From NCBI GenBank assembly GCA_048884965.1, contig JBHLQH010000029.1, positions 1 to 45,947 on the forward strand: a DNA stretch of 45,947 nt. The letters are read 5' to 3'. Made by a program: the position numbers and the translations under genes. The notes under the pieces were generated by a model that ran no database searches, had not been told where the DNA came from, and was given only the letters and a program-made list of their open reading frames with translations. Below, piece after piece: positions 37,016 to 45,890 of the stretch (the stretch's first letter is position 1; each line of letters begins with the position of its first letter). Origin of the DNA: Candidatus Thorarchaeota archaeon. GTDB lineage: Archaea > Asgardarchaeota > Thorarchaeia > Thorarchaeales > Thorarchaeaceae.

Positions 37016-38240
37016 CATTTCCAAGTTTTCGAATCCCATACATGAAGAGGAACACCCCGATCAGGTTCATTACAGCTTTCATGAAGAAGGGCATCGCATC
37101 ACCGAACAATAAAGTGAATGACATGAGCGCTGGACCAATGATGCTCCCCAGTTCCACAGCTGTTGAGAATGTTCCCAATGCTGTAGCCCGTGCTTCTTTT
37201 GGATATCTCTCTTCGAACACCAGTGGTGGGATTGACACATCCATCATATCAAGCCCTGTCCAGATTGCATAGAGAACTAATACCCATAGTGGGTCATGAA
37301 AAAGGGGAAATATCCCTACGGTGAGTGCGAGCAATCCCCATCCAACTGCAAGAGCAGCTTTTGTTCCAAGTCTGTCCACGACCTCCCCTGCTCCTAATGC
37401 GGCAATGGCAATGATGAGGGTCGAAATCGAGGTCATATAACCATAGAGTTTCTCATCTATTGATCGAACTGCAATTGATACATACCAACTGAGCCCACTG
37501 CTCGATAAAGCATCAAGTGAGAATGTGACCACCATTATCAAGAAGAAGCCGGTATGCATCTTCCAGGTGTTCGTGTGACTCTTGGGGTGCGCATCACTAG
37601 GAATCGATAGAAGGCTTTCCTGTAATAGAATGCCAAAGACCGCAACTACTGCGATTAGTCCTTCAAATCCAATTATCAATGCTAGCGAGAAGTATCCAGT
37701 GAGCAGGGTCGTACCCGAGAAATAAAGCTCGCTACCAATCAACACAAGGATTGCAGCAGGGATTGATGGAATAACACGTGTCGCTATCATATAGGACCGA
37801 CCTTTCTTCTGTTTCTGGCTGCTCTCTACAAGCAACATTGATGCTGCTGGTCTTACGAACCCCCTTGCAGCCATCATAGTAGTATATCCAACGATCGAAA
37901 CAGCTATCGCAAGAATCAGTGACTGGCGTGCGAATAACAATGAGATTAGAATGACGAATGGGCCAGTTGAGTAGATAGCATACCCTCCAATCATTGTAGA
38001 TTTACGACCAAATCTATCCGCCGATCGACCTCCAAAAAATGAGCTTGCTGCACTTGCTCCAGCAAAAATAGTATAGAACACGCCAATGGTAACTGTATCA
38101 AGTCCAATGTCTGAGAAGAAATAGGGCATGAACATAATCCAAAGAGAGTTCACTGACACAATTGCTGTATTTCCAATTGTCATCACTGTTACATTTCTTT
38201 TGAGCTTATCATACTCTTCGTCCAACTCTCCTGCCCACAA
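36960..38240 (-). CDS. MFS transporter
   Basis: GGRSADRFGRK and GEVVDRLGTK motifs, about 12 TM. Confidence 0.88.
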   Translation of the reverse strand: MWAGELDEEYDKLKRNVTVMTIGNTAIVSVNSLWIMFMPYFFSDIGLDTVTIGVFYTIFAGASAASSFFGGRSADRFGRKSTMIGGYAIYSTGPFVILISLLFARQSLILAIAVSIVGYTTMMAARGFVRPAASMLLVESSQKQKKGRSYMIATRVIPSIPAAILVLIGSELYFSGTTLLTGYFSLALIIGFEGLIAVVAVFGILLQESLLSIPSDAHPKSHTNTWKMHTGFFLIMVVTFSLDALSSSGLSWYVSIAVRSIDEKLYGYMTSISTLIIAIAALGAGEVVDRLGTKAALAVGWGLLALTVGIFPLFHDPLWVLVLYAIWTGLDMMDVSIPPLVFEERYPKEARATALGTFSTAVELGSIIGPALMSFTLLFGDAMPFFMKAVMNLIGVFLFMYGIRKLGNVTADTSQESPAESWRSSD

Positions 38241-38416
38241 TTAATTGGAATTCATCTACGATTTTTATCTTTGTATCACTTAACACATCACTCAGTTATC
38301 ATCTCACTCTCTGTGTATTAGGACGTGAACGACAGTCAGCAAACATGCAGTGATTTGCGTCATAAAGTCTAAAACGTCGCGAAACATATCACCAGTATTG
38401 TGATGAGGGTTAGTTC

Positions 38417-39691
38417 GTGCCAATAAACCTGGACTTTGACCAAGCTGCTGCATATAAGACCATGAAAGACCTATGCAAGATCGGTCCTCGAGTGAGTGGT
38501 TCAGAGGCTGAGATTCGGGCGGTCCTATTGATAGAGGACAGACTCAGGAGTGCAGGACTATCCACGATACAAATCCTTGGGCATGAGCACACGTTCTATG
38601 AAGCCAAGAGTGCAACCTTGGGATTACCTGATGATAGTATAGTGATATTCGGAGTCCCCTGTTGGATGAGCGCACCAACAATTCTCGGAGGAATCGAGTC
38701 TGAGGCGACCTACATCGGTTCTTTTGAGATGGTTGAGAATCTGGGGGAAAAGGATGTCAAGAATAAGATAATCATTACAATATTCGATGATCGGCAGAAA
38801 GAAACGACAGAGTCTTGGAAGAAGCTCTATGCATTGAATCCGGATGGTGTTGTGTTCCTCGACATGGAACGAGATGCCTCACCACGGGATTTCCTGAACA
38901 AGGAGTTGATTCCATCATTCTCAAGAATTCCATCTGTGGTCGTGTCTGCCTCACAGACGAGAATCCTGCATGAAAAGATGTTCGGCTCACGTTTGAAGAT
39001 AGTTGTCAAAGGCTCTAAGCGATCTGGGAACATACAAAGTATTCAATGCAAATTGAAAGGCAAATCATCGCAAACCGTGCTATTATGTGCTCACCATGAT
39101 ACACATTCATTATCCCCGGGGGCGACTGACAATGCTTCTGGTGTAGCGATAATACTAGAGCTCGCTCGCATTTTGGCACAGAGAAAGCCCAATCTGAGCT
39201 ATCACTTCGTTTCCTTTGGAGGTGAGGAACTTGGTCTGAAAGGCTCATGGGCATATGCATCTAAGGTGAATCTAGATGATGTTAGATTATGTATCAATCT
39301 CGACAGCATTGGTGAGCTCCCTGGCATGCTACTGGCATTATCTGCTGGGAATAAAGAGATGATTGATTGGGTTTCCGAGATAGCAAAGAAGAACCCCTAC
39401 CCCGCACATTGTAGGCGCAATTCCACTTCTGGTGGCGATAACATAGTATTTGCAGCAAATGGGATACCTACCATTCATCTAGCGAGCTATGGTACCACTA
39501 CTGGGAAGGTCAGTCATAGTCAAATCGACACCGTGGACCTCCTTACGCCATTCACCTTGGGCACACTAGGAAAATTCGCCTATTCAATTGTTGAGAGCTT
39601 GGAGATTGACAAAAACGTACCTTTTCCGCGAGAGGTACCTAACGATTTACTTCAAGCGGCAAAGCAACGAGTCATTGAGAGTCTATCTTGA
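38417..39691 (+). CDS. M28 aminopeptidase with PA-like insert
   Basis: IGPRVSGSEAE, CAHHDT, PGATDNASG, GGEELGLKGS, NLDSIG, terminal HSQID. Confidence 0.9.
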   Translation: MPINLDFDQAAAYKTMKDLCKIGPRVSGSEAEIRAVLLIEDRLRSAGLSTIQILGHEHTFYEAKSATLGLPDDSIVIFGVPCWMSAPTILGGIESEATYIGSFEMVENLGEKDVKNKIIITIFDDRQKETTESWKKLYALNPDGVVFLDMERDASPRDFLNKELIPSFSRIPSVVVSASQTRILHEKMFGSRLKIVVKGSKRSGNIQSIQCKLKGKSSQTVLLCAHHDTHSLSPGATDNASGVAIILELARILAQRKPNLSYHFVSFGGEELGLKGSWAYASKVNLDDVRLCINLDSIGELPGMLLALSAGNKEMIDWVSEIAKKNPYPAHCRRNSTSGGDNIVFAANGIPTIHLASYGTTTGKVSHSQIDTVDLLTPFTLGTLGKFAYSIVESLEIDKNVPFPREVPNDLLQAAKQRVIESLS

Positions 39692-40301
39692 ACCCGTCAT
39701 CATCTACCTGCTTTCTTAGTAATGGTAGAAATCTTCCTGTCCCTTTCATATACTCCCTATAGTCATCGCCAAATTGGTCTATCAGCATCGCCTCCTCTTT
39801 TCTTGCTAGCCAGGGAAAAGGCAGTGCCACAAGAAAGGCAAAGATGATGAGTAGCAGGTTTGAGGACATTATAGCCACTGCTATCGAGAAAGCATTCATA
39901 CTTGTATACATCGGATGGCGTACATGACTATAGATCCCTTCTGAGATGATGACATGCTCTTTCTGGATCTCGCGTTTCGCAGAATACTGTGCTCCTAGTG
40001 TCTTATGTGTCAAAAGAGTCAATCCTGTGCCTATCAATGCCAATCCAAACCCAAACCATCTGATCATAGTGGGCAGGCCAATGTAGGTCCAAGAGATGAA
40101 GTCCGGAAGAAGCACATAGATGATCACGAGAGCTAGATATCCGAGAATTGCGATGGAGAGGAAGACTGTGCTCTTGTCCATTACTTCGTAATCTTTCTCA
40201 CTCTCCCTGCCGATGGTCTTTCCTCTGTAATAGATCCTTACTCCCGCAAAGAGGGCATACGAAGCGACAAAGAGGACTCGAAAGAGGAGCTCATCGTCCA
40301 T
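39672..40301 (-). CDS. Isoprenylcysteine carboxyl methyltransferase (ICMT/Ste14)-family membrane protein
   Basis: GIYSHVRHPMY, EEAMLIDQFGDDYREYMKGTGRFLP. Start refined to ATG 40301 after GGTGGT. Confidence 0.9.
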   Translation of the reverse strand: MDDELLFRVLFVASYALFAGVRIYYRGKTIGRESEKDYEVMDKSTVFLSIAILGYLALVIIYVLLPDFISWTYIGLPTMIRWFGFGLALIGTGLTLLTHKTLGAQYSAKREIQKEHVIISEGIYSHVRHPMYTSMNAFSIAVAIMSSNLLLIIFAFLVALPFPWLARKEEAMLIDQFGDDYREYMKGTGRFLPLLRKQVDDDGFKIDSQ

Positions 40302-40323
40302 ATTAGACCACCACCAATAAAAA

Positions 40324-40365
40324 TGACCCATAGGTCAGTATTATTACTGCCCAGTCATTTATAAA
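40324..40365. promoter_or_regulatory. Two TetR-type operator palindromes plus a TTTATAAA box in the divergent promoter
   Basis: TGACC-CATA-GGTCA (40324-40337), TTACT-GCCC-AGTCA (40344-40357), TTTATAAA (40358-40365). Confidence 0.65.
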
Positions 40366-40400
40366 TATGCATCTACCTACGTATCTTCAGGTATCCAATA

Positions 40401-40994
40401 ATGCCAAAGGTAGTACCCGAGTACAAAGAAGCCGCTAGAAAGAGAATAGTAGAGCATGCAACTCGTCTCTTTTCACACAAAGGCTATCATCGAACAAAGA
40501 TGATTGACATTGCAAAGAGTGTTGGGGTAAGTAAAGGTGCACTCTATCAGTACTTCAATAGCAAGACAGATCTACTTCTTGCAGTGTTTGAAGCAAATGC
40601 GCAAATGAGAGAACAGGAAGTCAGCAAGTTCCTGAATGCAGAAGGCTTTAGATCTGTCGCGACTGAGGAATTCTTTGACCGGATGGCTGAGATGAGGATG
40701 ACCGGGACCATCATCACTCCAAGTTTAGCTCGAGAATTATCAGAAAATATGGCTGTAACAGAATGGATTCAGAGTGGCAGTGATAGGTGGGTGAGATCTC
40801 TTGCTGAGGTGATTGAGAAGATTATGGAAGAGAACTCACACTCAATCGATATCTCTTCAGAGTCCTTCGCACGAGGAATCATTGCATTAAGGGATGGCTT
40901 GTATAATTCTCTTCTCTACGGTAGTGATATTGTAAAGGTTCGAAAAGCCTGGGTTGAAATAATGAGCCTATTGATTCGACAAATAGTGCAGTGA
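40401..40994 (+). CDS. TetR/AcrR-family transcriptional regulator
   Basis: atgccaaaggtagtacccgag at 40401 on + encodes MPKVVPE; HTH KGYHRTKMIDIAKSVGVSKGALYQYFNSK; TGA at 40992-40994. The supplied track's '-' is wrong. Confidence 0.93.
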   Translation: MPKVVPEYKEAARKRIVEHATRLFSHKGYHRTKMIDIAKSVGVSKGALYQYFNSKTDLLLAVFEANAQMREQEVSKFLNAEGFRSVATEEFFDRMAEMRMTGTIITPSLARELSENMAVTEWIQSGSDRWVRSLAEVIEKIMEENSHSIDISSESFARGIIALRDGLYNSLLYGSDIVKVRKAWVEIMSLLIRQIVQ

Positions 40995-40999
40995 GACAA

Positions 41000-41446
41000 T
41001 CAGATGGAATAATGCTCTATCAAGCTCCGGCAGGCAATCCTAAGTCTATCCGGAATATTCGAATCTTCAAGCCACAATGGCATCATGCTTAGCCGCTTCT
41101 TTATCCAAGCCTTGTCATTATACTTTAAGGCCATCTTCAGCTCAACTGCTGTAGCCGCAAAATGTGCCTCCAGGACATCTACAAATCTCTCCCAGACAAC
41201 TTCACGTGTGATCTCTATCCCTTTCAGCTTCAGATGCTTTAGCTCCGTCACCTCGTGAAGCAGAAGCCAGCGGTTTGCAATCACATCATCAAGTGTGGTC
41301 ACATCTCCAGTAGGTGTGTCCCCAGCAAAGTACTCAATCAGCTCCCCAGGTAACACCTCTCCTTTCTCGATTCCTGCTTCTAGAAATAGTGCTGCATGCT
41401 CCTCGAATGCTTCCAGTATCTCTTGGATGGTCCTAGGCGTTCTCAT
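41000..41446 (-). CDS. Hypothetical protein with HExxE...H motif
   Basis: GDTPTGD, WLLLHEVTELKHLK, EAH. Confidence 0.7.
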   Translation of the reverse strand: MRTPRTIQEILEAFEEHAALFLEAGIEKGEVLPGELIEYFAGDTPTGDVTTLDDVIANRWLLLHEVTELKHLKLKGIEITREVVWERFVDVLEAHFAATAVELKMALKYNDKAWIKKRLSMMPLWLEDSNIPDRLRIACRSLIEHYSI

Positions 41447-41641
41447 TTCTGTTCCTTTCCCTGACTATTTCGATCCAATCGCCTGATCTTTTGAAACCTC
41501 AAGCTTCTCCATAGAACTGAATCAACTTGCGACTTTTTGCTGTCCATGCCTAAGGAACCGTGCAAAGTCCATTTCATTCTTGCGAACAGTTCGAACCGGA
41601 GGGTATTTCCCCTACCGTTCATACATCGAATTGCTTAGCGG

Positions 41642-43066
41642 GTGCTGAACATGCGAATACTCGAGCTAGTGATTATCGGACTATTATGTGTCTTAGGCAT
41701 TCAATTCTTCCTACCTGAGAGAATCGCAAATCGGGCAAGGAGGGAACTGATGGGCTGGTTTGGGGTCTTGGATCTACTCCTAATCTTGGCACATGCATTC
41801 ATTGAAGGTTCACGGTGGCAGATGATCCCAGTATACCTCTTATCAAGCGTAGTGTTCGTTTACAGCGTATTCCAACTCAAGGATCATTATAAACCATCGA
41901 CTCCTGACATGCCTTCACTATCTGGTAAGACCCGGAAACTGGCTTTCACTTCTTTGGCACTTTTGGTCATCGTAGTCGGAACAACGGTGTCTCTAGATCT
42001 TATCTTTCCAGTCTTCACTCTTCCTAACCCCACAGGGGTCTATACCGTTGGCACTGCAACTTTCGAATTGACTGACGATGGCAGAGAGGAGGTCTTCACG
42101 GCATTATCAGGTGACCATCGTCGCATACTAGTCCAAGCATGGTATCCTGCAGATGCTGTCACTGATTTAGATCCAGTACCCTATATCGAGAATCCTCAGC
42201 TCTTTGGAATGGGTATCGAATATTCCTTCGGATTCCCTTCGTTCATGGTGAGTCATCTTCCGCTGATCAAGACTCATTCGTATCGTGGGGTACCCTTATC
42301 GACACAGGCCACCAACTACCCAGTAGTCCTGTTCTCTCATGGCTATGGTGGACTTATCATGCAAAATACTATTCTGATGGAAGAGATGGCTAGCCATGGA
42401 TATATCGTCTTCAGCATCAATCATCCCTATGAGTCAGCCGTTTCGATTTTTCCAGATGGCTCAGTTATTTTCGAGCTCCCTCCCCCATCAGGACATCAGA
42501 TTAACGACAGCCTTGCAGTCTGGGCTGATGATTCCCAGTTCTTACTTGATCAGCTAGCAATTTCAAACAACGACAATATACCAGATATCTTCTGGAGTGG
42601 TCTTGATTTCGATCGGATTGGGGCCATGGGTCATTCCTTTGGAGGAACCACAGCAGAAGAACTATGTTTGATAGACGCTCGGGTCAAGACCGGAATAAGC
42701 TTTGATAGTCCTCACTTTGGGCTGTCCCTTGAGCAAAACATGACAAAGCCTTTCATGCTCCTATTCGGTCCCGACTATGGCAATCCTGCTCTCAATGACA
42801 CGGTCTATTTGCGAGCCGAGAACACCTGCTATGGGCTCTATGTCAATGGAACAAGACACTACAATTTTGCTGATGTGTGTATTTGGTCCCCTGTGCTACA
42901 GAGTATTGGATTGACAGGTAATATCGATGGCTATCGAATGATAGAGTTGCAGAACAACTATGTTCGGGCGTTCTTCGATGCGCAATTCAAGAGCATAGAC
43001 TCCCCCCTGCTCACCGAGTCATCAACTCAGTATCCAGAGGTCATGTTCTATTGGAATGGTCTTTAG
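41642..43066 (+). CDS. Membrane-anchored alpha/beta hydrolase (PAF-acetylhydrolase-like esterase/lipase)
   Basis: About four N-terminal TM; LPNPTGVYTVG, VQAWYP, PVVLFSHG, GHSFGG nucleophile elbow, HYNFAD. Confidence 0.9.
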   Translation: MLNMRILELVIIGLLCVLGIQFFLPERIANRARRELMGWFGVLDLLLILAHAFIEGSRWQMIPVYLLSSVVFVYSVFQLKDHYKPSTPDMPSLSGKTRKLAFTSLALLVIVVGTTVSLDLIFPVFTLPNPTGVYTVGTATFELTDDGREEVFTALSGDHRRILVQAWYPADAVTDLDPVPYIENPQLFGMGIEYSFGFPSFMVSHLPLIKTHSYRGVPLSTQATNYPVVLFSHGYGGLIMQNTILMEEMASHGYIVFSINHPYESAVSIFPDGSVIFELPPPSGHQINDSLAVWADDSQFLLDQLAISNNDNIPDIFWSGLDFDRIGAMGHSFGGTTAEELCLIDARVKTGISFDSPHFGLSLEQNMTKPFMLLFGPDYGNPALNDTVYLRAENTCYGLYVNGTRHYNFADVCIWSPVLQSIGLTGNIDGYRMIELQNNYVRAFFDAQFKSIDSPLLTESSTQYPEVMFYWNGL

Positions 43067-43070
43067 GCAT

Positions 43071-44153
43071 TCAGAAGAATGGTGAGATTTCTTTCAGGAT
43101 TTTATTCAGGATTCTCGCATTCTTCTTGACAATGTCCTCATCTATCATGCGTTCTTCCTGATCCTCCAGCATGGGAAGTGGGTTCCCTCTTAGACCTTCA
43201 AGGGTCGCTCGAACACAGGGTCCCAATACCAATGGATTGTAGCCTCCTTCAAGAACCCAGAATGACCCCTTCAAGCCAAGTGATCTGACTAGGTCATTGA
43301 TTGTATTGGCTATGAACCAATAGGTCGTCGAATCGACTGCCATATCTCCAATCGGGTCAGTATAGTGTGCGTCATACCCTGCAGAAACTGCAATCACATC
43401 CGGTTGGAAGTTCTCAATTGCTGGAACCACAATCTTAGATATCGCAGACTGATAGGAAGCATCAGGAGCTCCTTCATGCAACGGGATATTGATATTCATG
43501 CCTTTCCCTTCTCCGCGTCCTATCTCTTTGAAATGTCCTAGACCGAAGCTTGCGTAATTATACTCATGAAGGGAAATGAATTGGACATTAGGGTCGTCAT
43601 AGAAAATCTCTGCCGTTCCATTCCCAAAGTGGTCATCGATATCCAGTATTGTGACCCTCTTCACATCGTCTTCCTTTAGAATGGTGCGAGCGGCAATGGC
43701 CACATTGTTGAAGAAACAGAGTCCCATGGATGCAGAACTCGTTGCATGATGTCCTGGAGGCCGAATTAAGGCAAAGGTATGGTCTGTAGAGTCAGAAAGG
43801 ACCAGCTCTGCAGCAATTAGTGCGCCACCAAGAGCATAGAGGGTGGATGACAGTAGATTCTCACTGGCATAGGCTGACTCGCCAAGTTGCCCACTGCCTA
43901 GCTCTGACATCAATTGGACCGAGTGGACCAAGTATGGTGAGTGAACGATCATAGCTTCTTCACAATGGGCTCGTGGCGTCTTCAGTGTCAAAATGTCATT
44001 GAGAGCATTATTCTCCTCTAGGTACTGAAGTGTCATCTTTATACGATCAGGATTCTCGAATCCTTCCATATGGGGCTTGGGAAATGGGGCAACGTGCTGA
44101 TCAAGCCCGGTCTGCTCAATGAGGGTTATAGCACCTCGTGACATATCTGACAC
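43071..44153 (-). CDS. Zn-dependent histone-deacetylase-family protein (HDAC/AcuC superfamily)
   Basis: RPPGHHA, GLCFFNNVAIAA, DIDDHFGNGT, SLHE, SAGYDAH..DPIG, LEGGY. Confidence 0.93.
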   Translation of the reverse strand: MSDMSRGAITLIEQTGLDQHVAPFPKPHMEGFENPDRIKMTLQYLEENNALNDILTLKTPRAHCEEAMIVHSPYLVHSVQLMSELGSGQLGESAYASENLLSSTLYALGGALIAAELVLSDSTDHTFALIRPPGHHATSSASMGLCFFNNVAIAARTILKEDDVKRVTILDIDDHFGNGTAEIFYDDPNVQFISLHEYNYASFGLGHFKEIGRGEGKGMNINIPLHEGAPDASYQSAISKIVVPAIENFQPDVIAVSAGYDAHYTDPIGDMAVDSTTYWFIANTINDLVRSLGLKGSFWVLEGGYNPLVLGPCVRATLEGLRGNPLPMLEDQEERMIDEDIVKKNARILNKILKEISPFF

Positions 44154-44242
44154 CTCTAGGAATTGGATTTTTTTTCCTTATACTCTTTCAGCAGATGAAT
44201 TCCCTTCCGAAAACCCTTGTAATACGGGGCGAATTACAAAAC

Positions 44243-44289
44243 CTTATAAATATCGGAACCGATATCGGTATTGATATCGGAAGCGATAT
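44243..44289 (+). promoter_or_regulatory. TATA box followed by three tandem 12-bp palindromic operator units
   Basis: CTTATAAA, then ATATCGGAACCG / ATATCGGTATTG / ATATCGGAAGCG / ATAT (44250-44289). Confidence 0.75.
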
Positions 44290-44342
44290 AACTTGTCCTT
44301 TCCGTTATCATCAGAAGATAAAGACAATTTGAGGAAACGACA

Positions 44343-44915
44343 ATGCATTACAGAAAAAAAACACCTTGCTATGGGCATCATGGTCCTGGTGGCCACAGTC
44401 CTTGGAGACGAAGAATGGCAAAGGTCCCAAAGGGATTCCTGCGCCATTATGTTCTGAAACTGCTCGATGAACAACCTCGATCGGGCTCAGAGATAATGAG
44501 TGCGATTGCAGAACGCACAGAACAACGATGGGAACCAAGTCCAGGTTCAGTGTATCCATTGCTTTCTTGGCTTCATGATTCCGGATATACTAGGATCGCT
44601 GATGATCAAGAATCGGGAATAAAACGATATGAATTGACAGAGTCAGGGAAGGAGTTCCTAAAGGAACATGATGACATGCATCCTGAGTTTGATGAAACCG
44701 TGGAAGATGTTGGTCCTCGTTTCAGAGGAGGCAAGAAACTACCCGATGAGGCTCGGGAATTGTTCAGGAGCTTTCGCAAGATACGAAAGACTAGTTGGAA
44801 GATTTTCGATACCCTACGACAGGACTATTCAGAAAATCTCGTGAAAGAAACCAAAGCAGCAGTGGACGAGTTCATAGCGAAGCTAGAGATACTTGCAGAG
44901 AAGAAGGAAGCGTGA
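44343..44915 (+). CDS. PadR-family transcriptional regulator with His-rich N-terminus
   Basis: PKGFLRHYVLKLL..PRSGSEIM..WEPSPGSVYPLL..KRYELTESG. Confidence 0.92.
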   Translation: MHYRKKTPCYGHHGPGGHSPWRRRMAKVPKGFLRHYVLKLLDEQPRSGSEIMSAIAERTEQRWEPSPGSVYPLLSWLHDSGYTRIADDQESGIKRYELTESGKEFLKEHDDMHPEFDETVEDVGPRFRGGKKLPDEARELFRSFRKIRKTSWKIFDTLRQDYSENLVKETKAAVDEFIAKLEILAEKKEA

Positions 44916-44976
44916 ACCTAATTCAGGACTAAATAGTCCTTGGAGAAGGCATTATCGTCTTCTCACCAGTTATTTT

Positions 44977-45729
44977 TCATACTTCAGATTCAAGCTCCTG
45001 TGTCTCTGATAATTGGACTATATGAGATGGAAGTACGCGCAGCACCTGATAGCCAATAGTCACCATCATTATCACTGCCAGCAGTACTTTGATGGGCGTT
45101 ATGATTCCTGCACCAAGCCATAATAGCTGAAGATCCTCTGGGGTGAACCCGTAGAAAATCCAATATGTCTGGCCAGGAACGAGTAGGAATACTCTGGTGA
45201 GAATATCACTCTCTAGACCTATCACAGTGCAGAATATCAGTCGCAATAGGTCCTTCTCTCTGCTCATCTCATTCCACCATTGTCGATTCACAAGCACAGA
45301 GAAAAGCACAACAAATCCAAAACCCACCAAGATGTCCCAAATACCAAATAGCGGGAGTGTCCATGAAACCGGATATAGGAAATACCCCGCAAGTAATCCG
45401 GAATAGATGATGAGAACTGGCTTCCATCTCCGTTGATATACTAATCCTGCCATTGCTGCTCCTATGGGTGCTCCAATCATATACAGAAGCTCGAACACAT
45501 CACGAAAGAACAGGATATGTCCAATCAGACTACCAATACCAATTGCAGCAAATCCACCAATCGGTCCAAGCAAGACGCCAACTATGGGGCTTAGAAGGAA
45601 TATCCATGAATCCCAGATTCCACTAGAGAAGCCTGGTGTAAGGATAAGGTCAAGGGCTGCAGCCATTGCAGCGAAAATAGCTGAAAAGGCAATGAAGTGA
45701 CTTTTCGATGATTCGATAGGGATGGCCAT
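44977..45729 (-). CDS. Probable ECF transporter S-component
   Basis: FSAIFAAMAAAL (AxxxA helix), LSPIVGVLLGPIGGFAAIGIG, 6-7 TM. Confidence 0.7.
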   Translation of the reverse strand: MAIPIESSKSHFIAFSAIFAAMAAALDLILTPGFSSGIWDSWIFLLSPIVGVLLGPIGGFAAIGIGSLIGHILFFRDVFELLYMIGAPIGAAMAGLVYQRRWKPVLIIYSGLLAGYFLYPVSWTLPLFGIWDILVGFGFVVLFSVLVNRQWWNEMSREKDLLRLIFCTVIGLESDILTRVFLLVPGQTYWIFYGFTPEDLQLLWLGAGIITPIKVLLAVIMMVTIGYQVLRVLPSHIVQLSETQELESEV

Positions 45730-45769
45730 AATTTGCTGTTACAATACAATCGACCTTATACTCCTACCG

Positions 45770-45813
45770 GAAAATAGGAAAAGGAGAAAGAGCAGACGCT
45801 AAATCTAGCGTCT
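45770..45813 (-). terminator. Hairpin + pyrimidine tract after the 26-aa ORF
   Basis: Minus strand AGACGCTA-gatt-TAGCGTCT (+ coordinates 45794-45813), then GCTCTTTCTCCTTTTCCTATTTTCC. Confidence 0.65.
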
Positions 45814-45885
45814 GAAGTAGGCTTGAGTGATAGCCTTGGTAGAGATCTGGGTCTTGGGTGACTTGGATACTTTCGCGAGTGCCAT
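45805..45885 (-). CDS. 26-aa small protein MALAKVSKSPKTQISTKAITQAYFRR
   Basis: ATG at 45885 with GAGGT SD upstream, TAG 45805-45807, codon choice like acs, terminator downstream, similar to the upstream frame. Confidence 0.65.
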   Translation of the reverse strand: MALAKVSKSPKTQISTKAITQAYFRR

Positions 45886-45890
45886 GTTGA

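Noticed and set aside
40401-40994. Minus-strand assignment in the ORF track
   Set aside because: The listed protein is read directly from the + strand.
44250-44289. Possible CRISPR-like repeat
   Set aside because: Contiguous 12-bp units with no spacers and no cas genes. Position fits operators.
44244-44474. ORF ending YRFRYQYRYRFRYL
   Set aside because: The low-complexity tail is just the translation of the 12-bp operator repeats.
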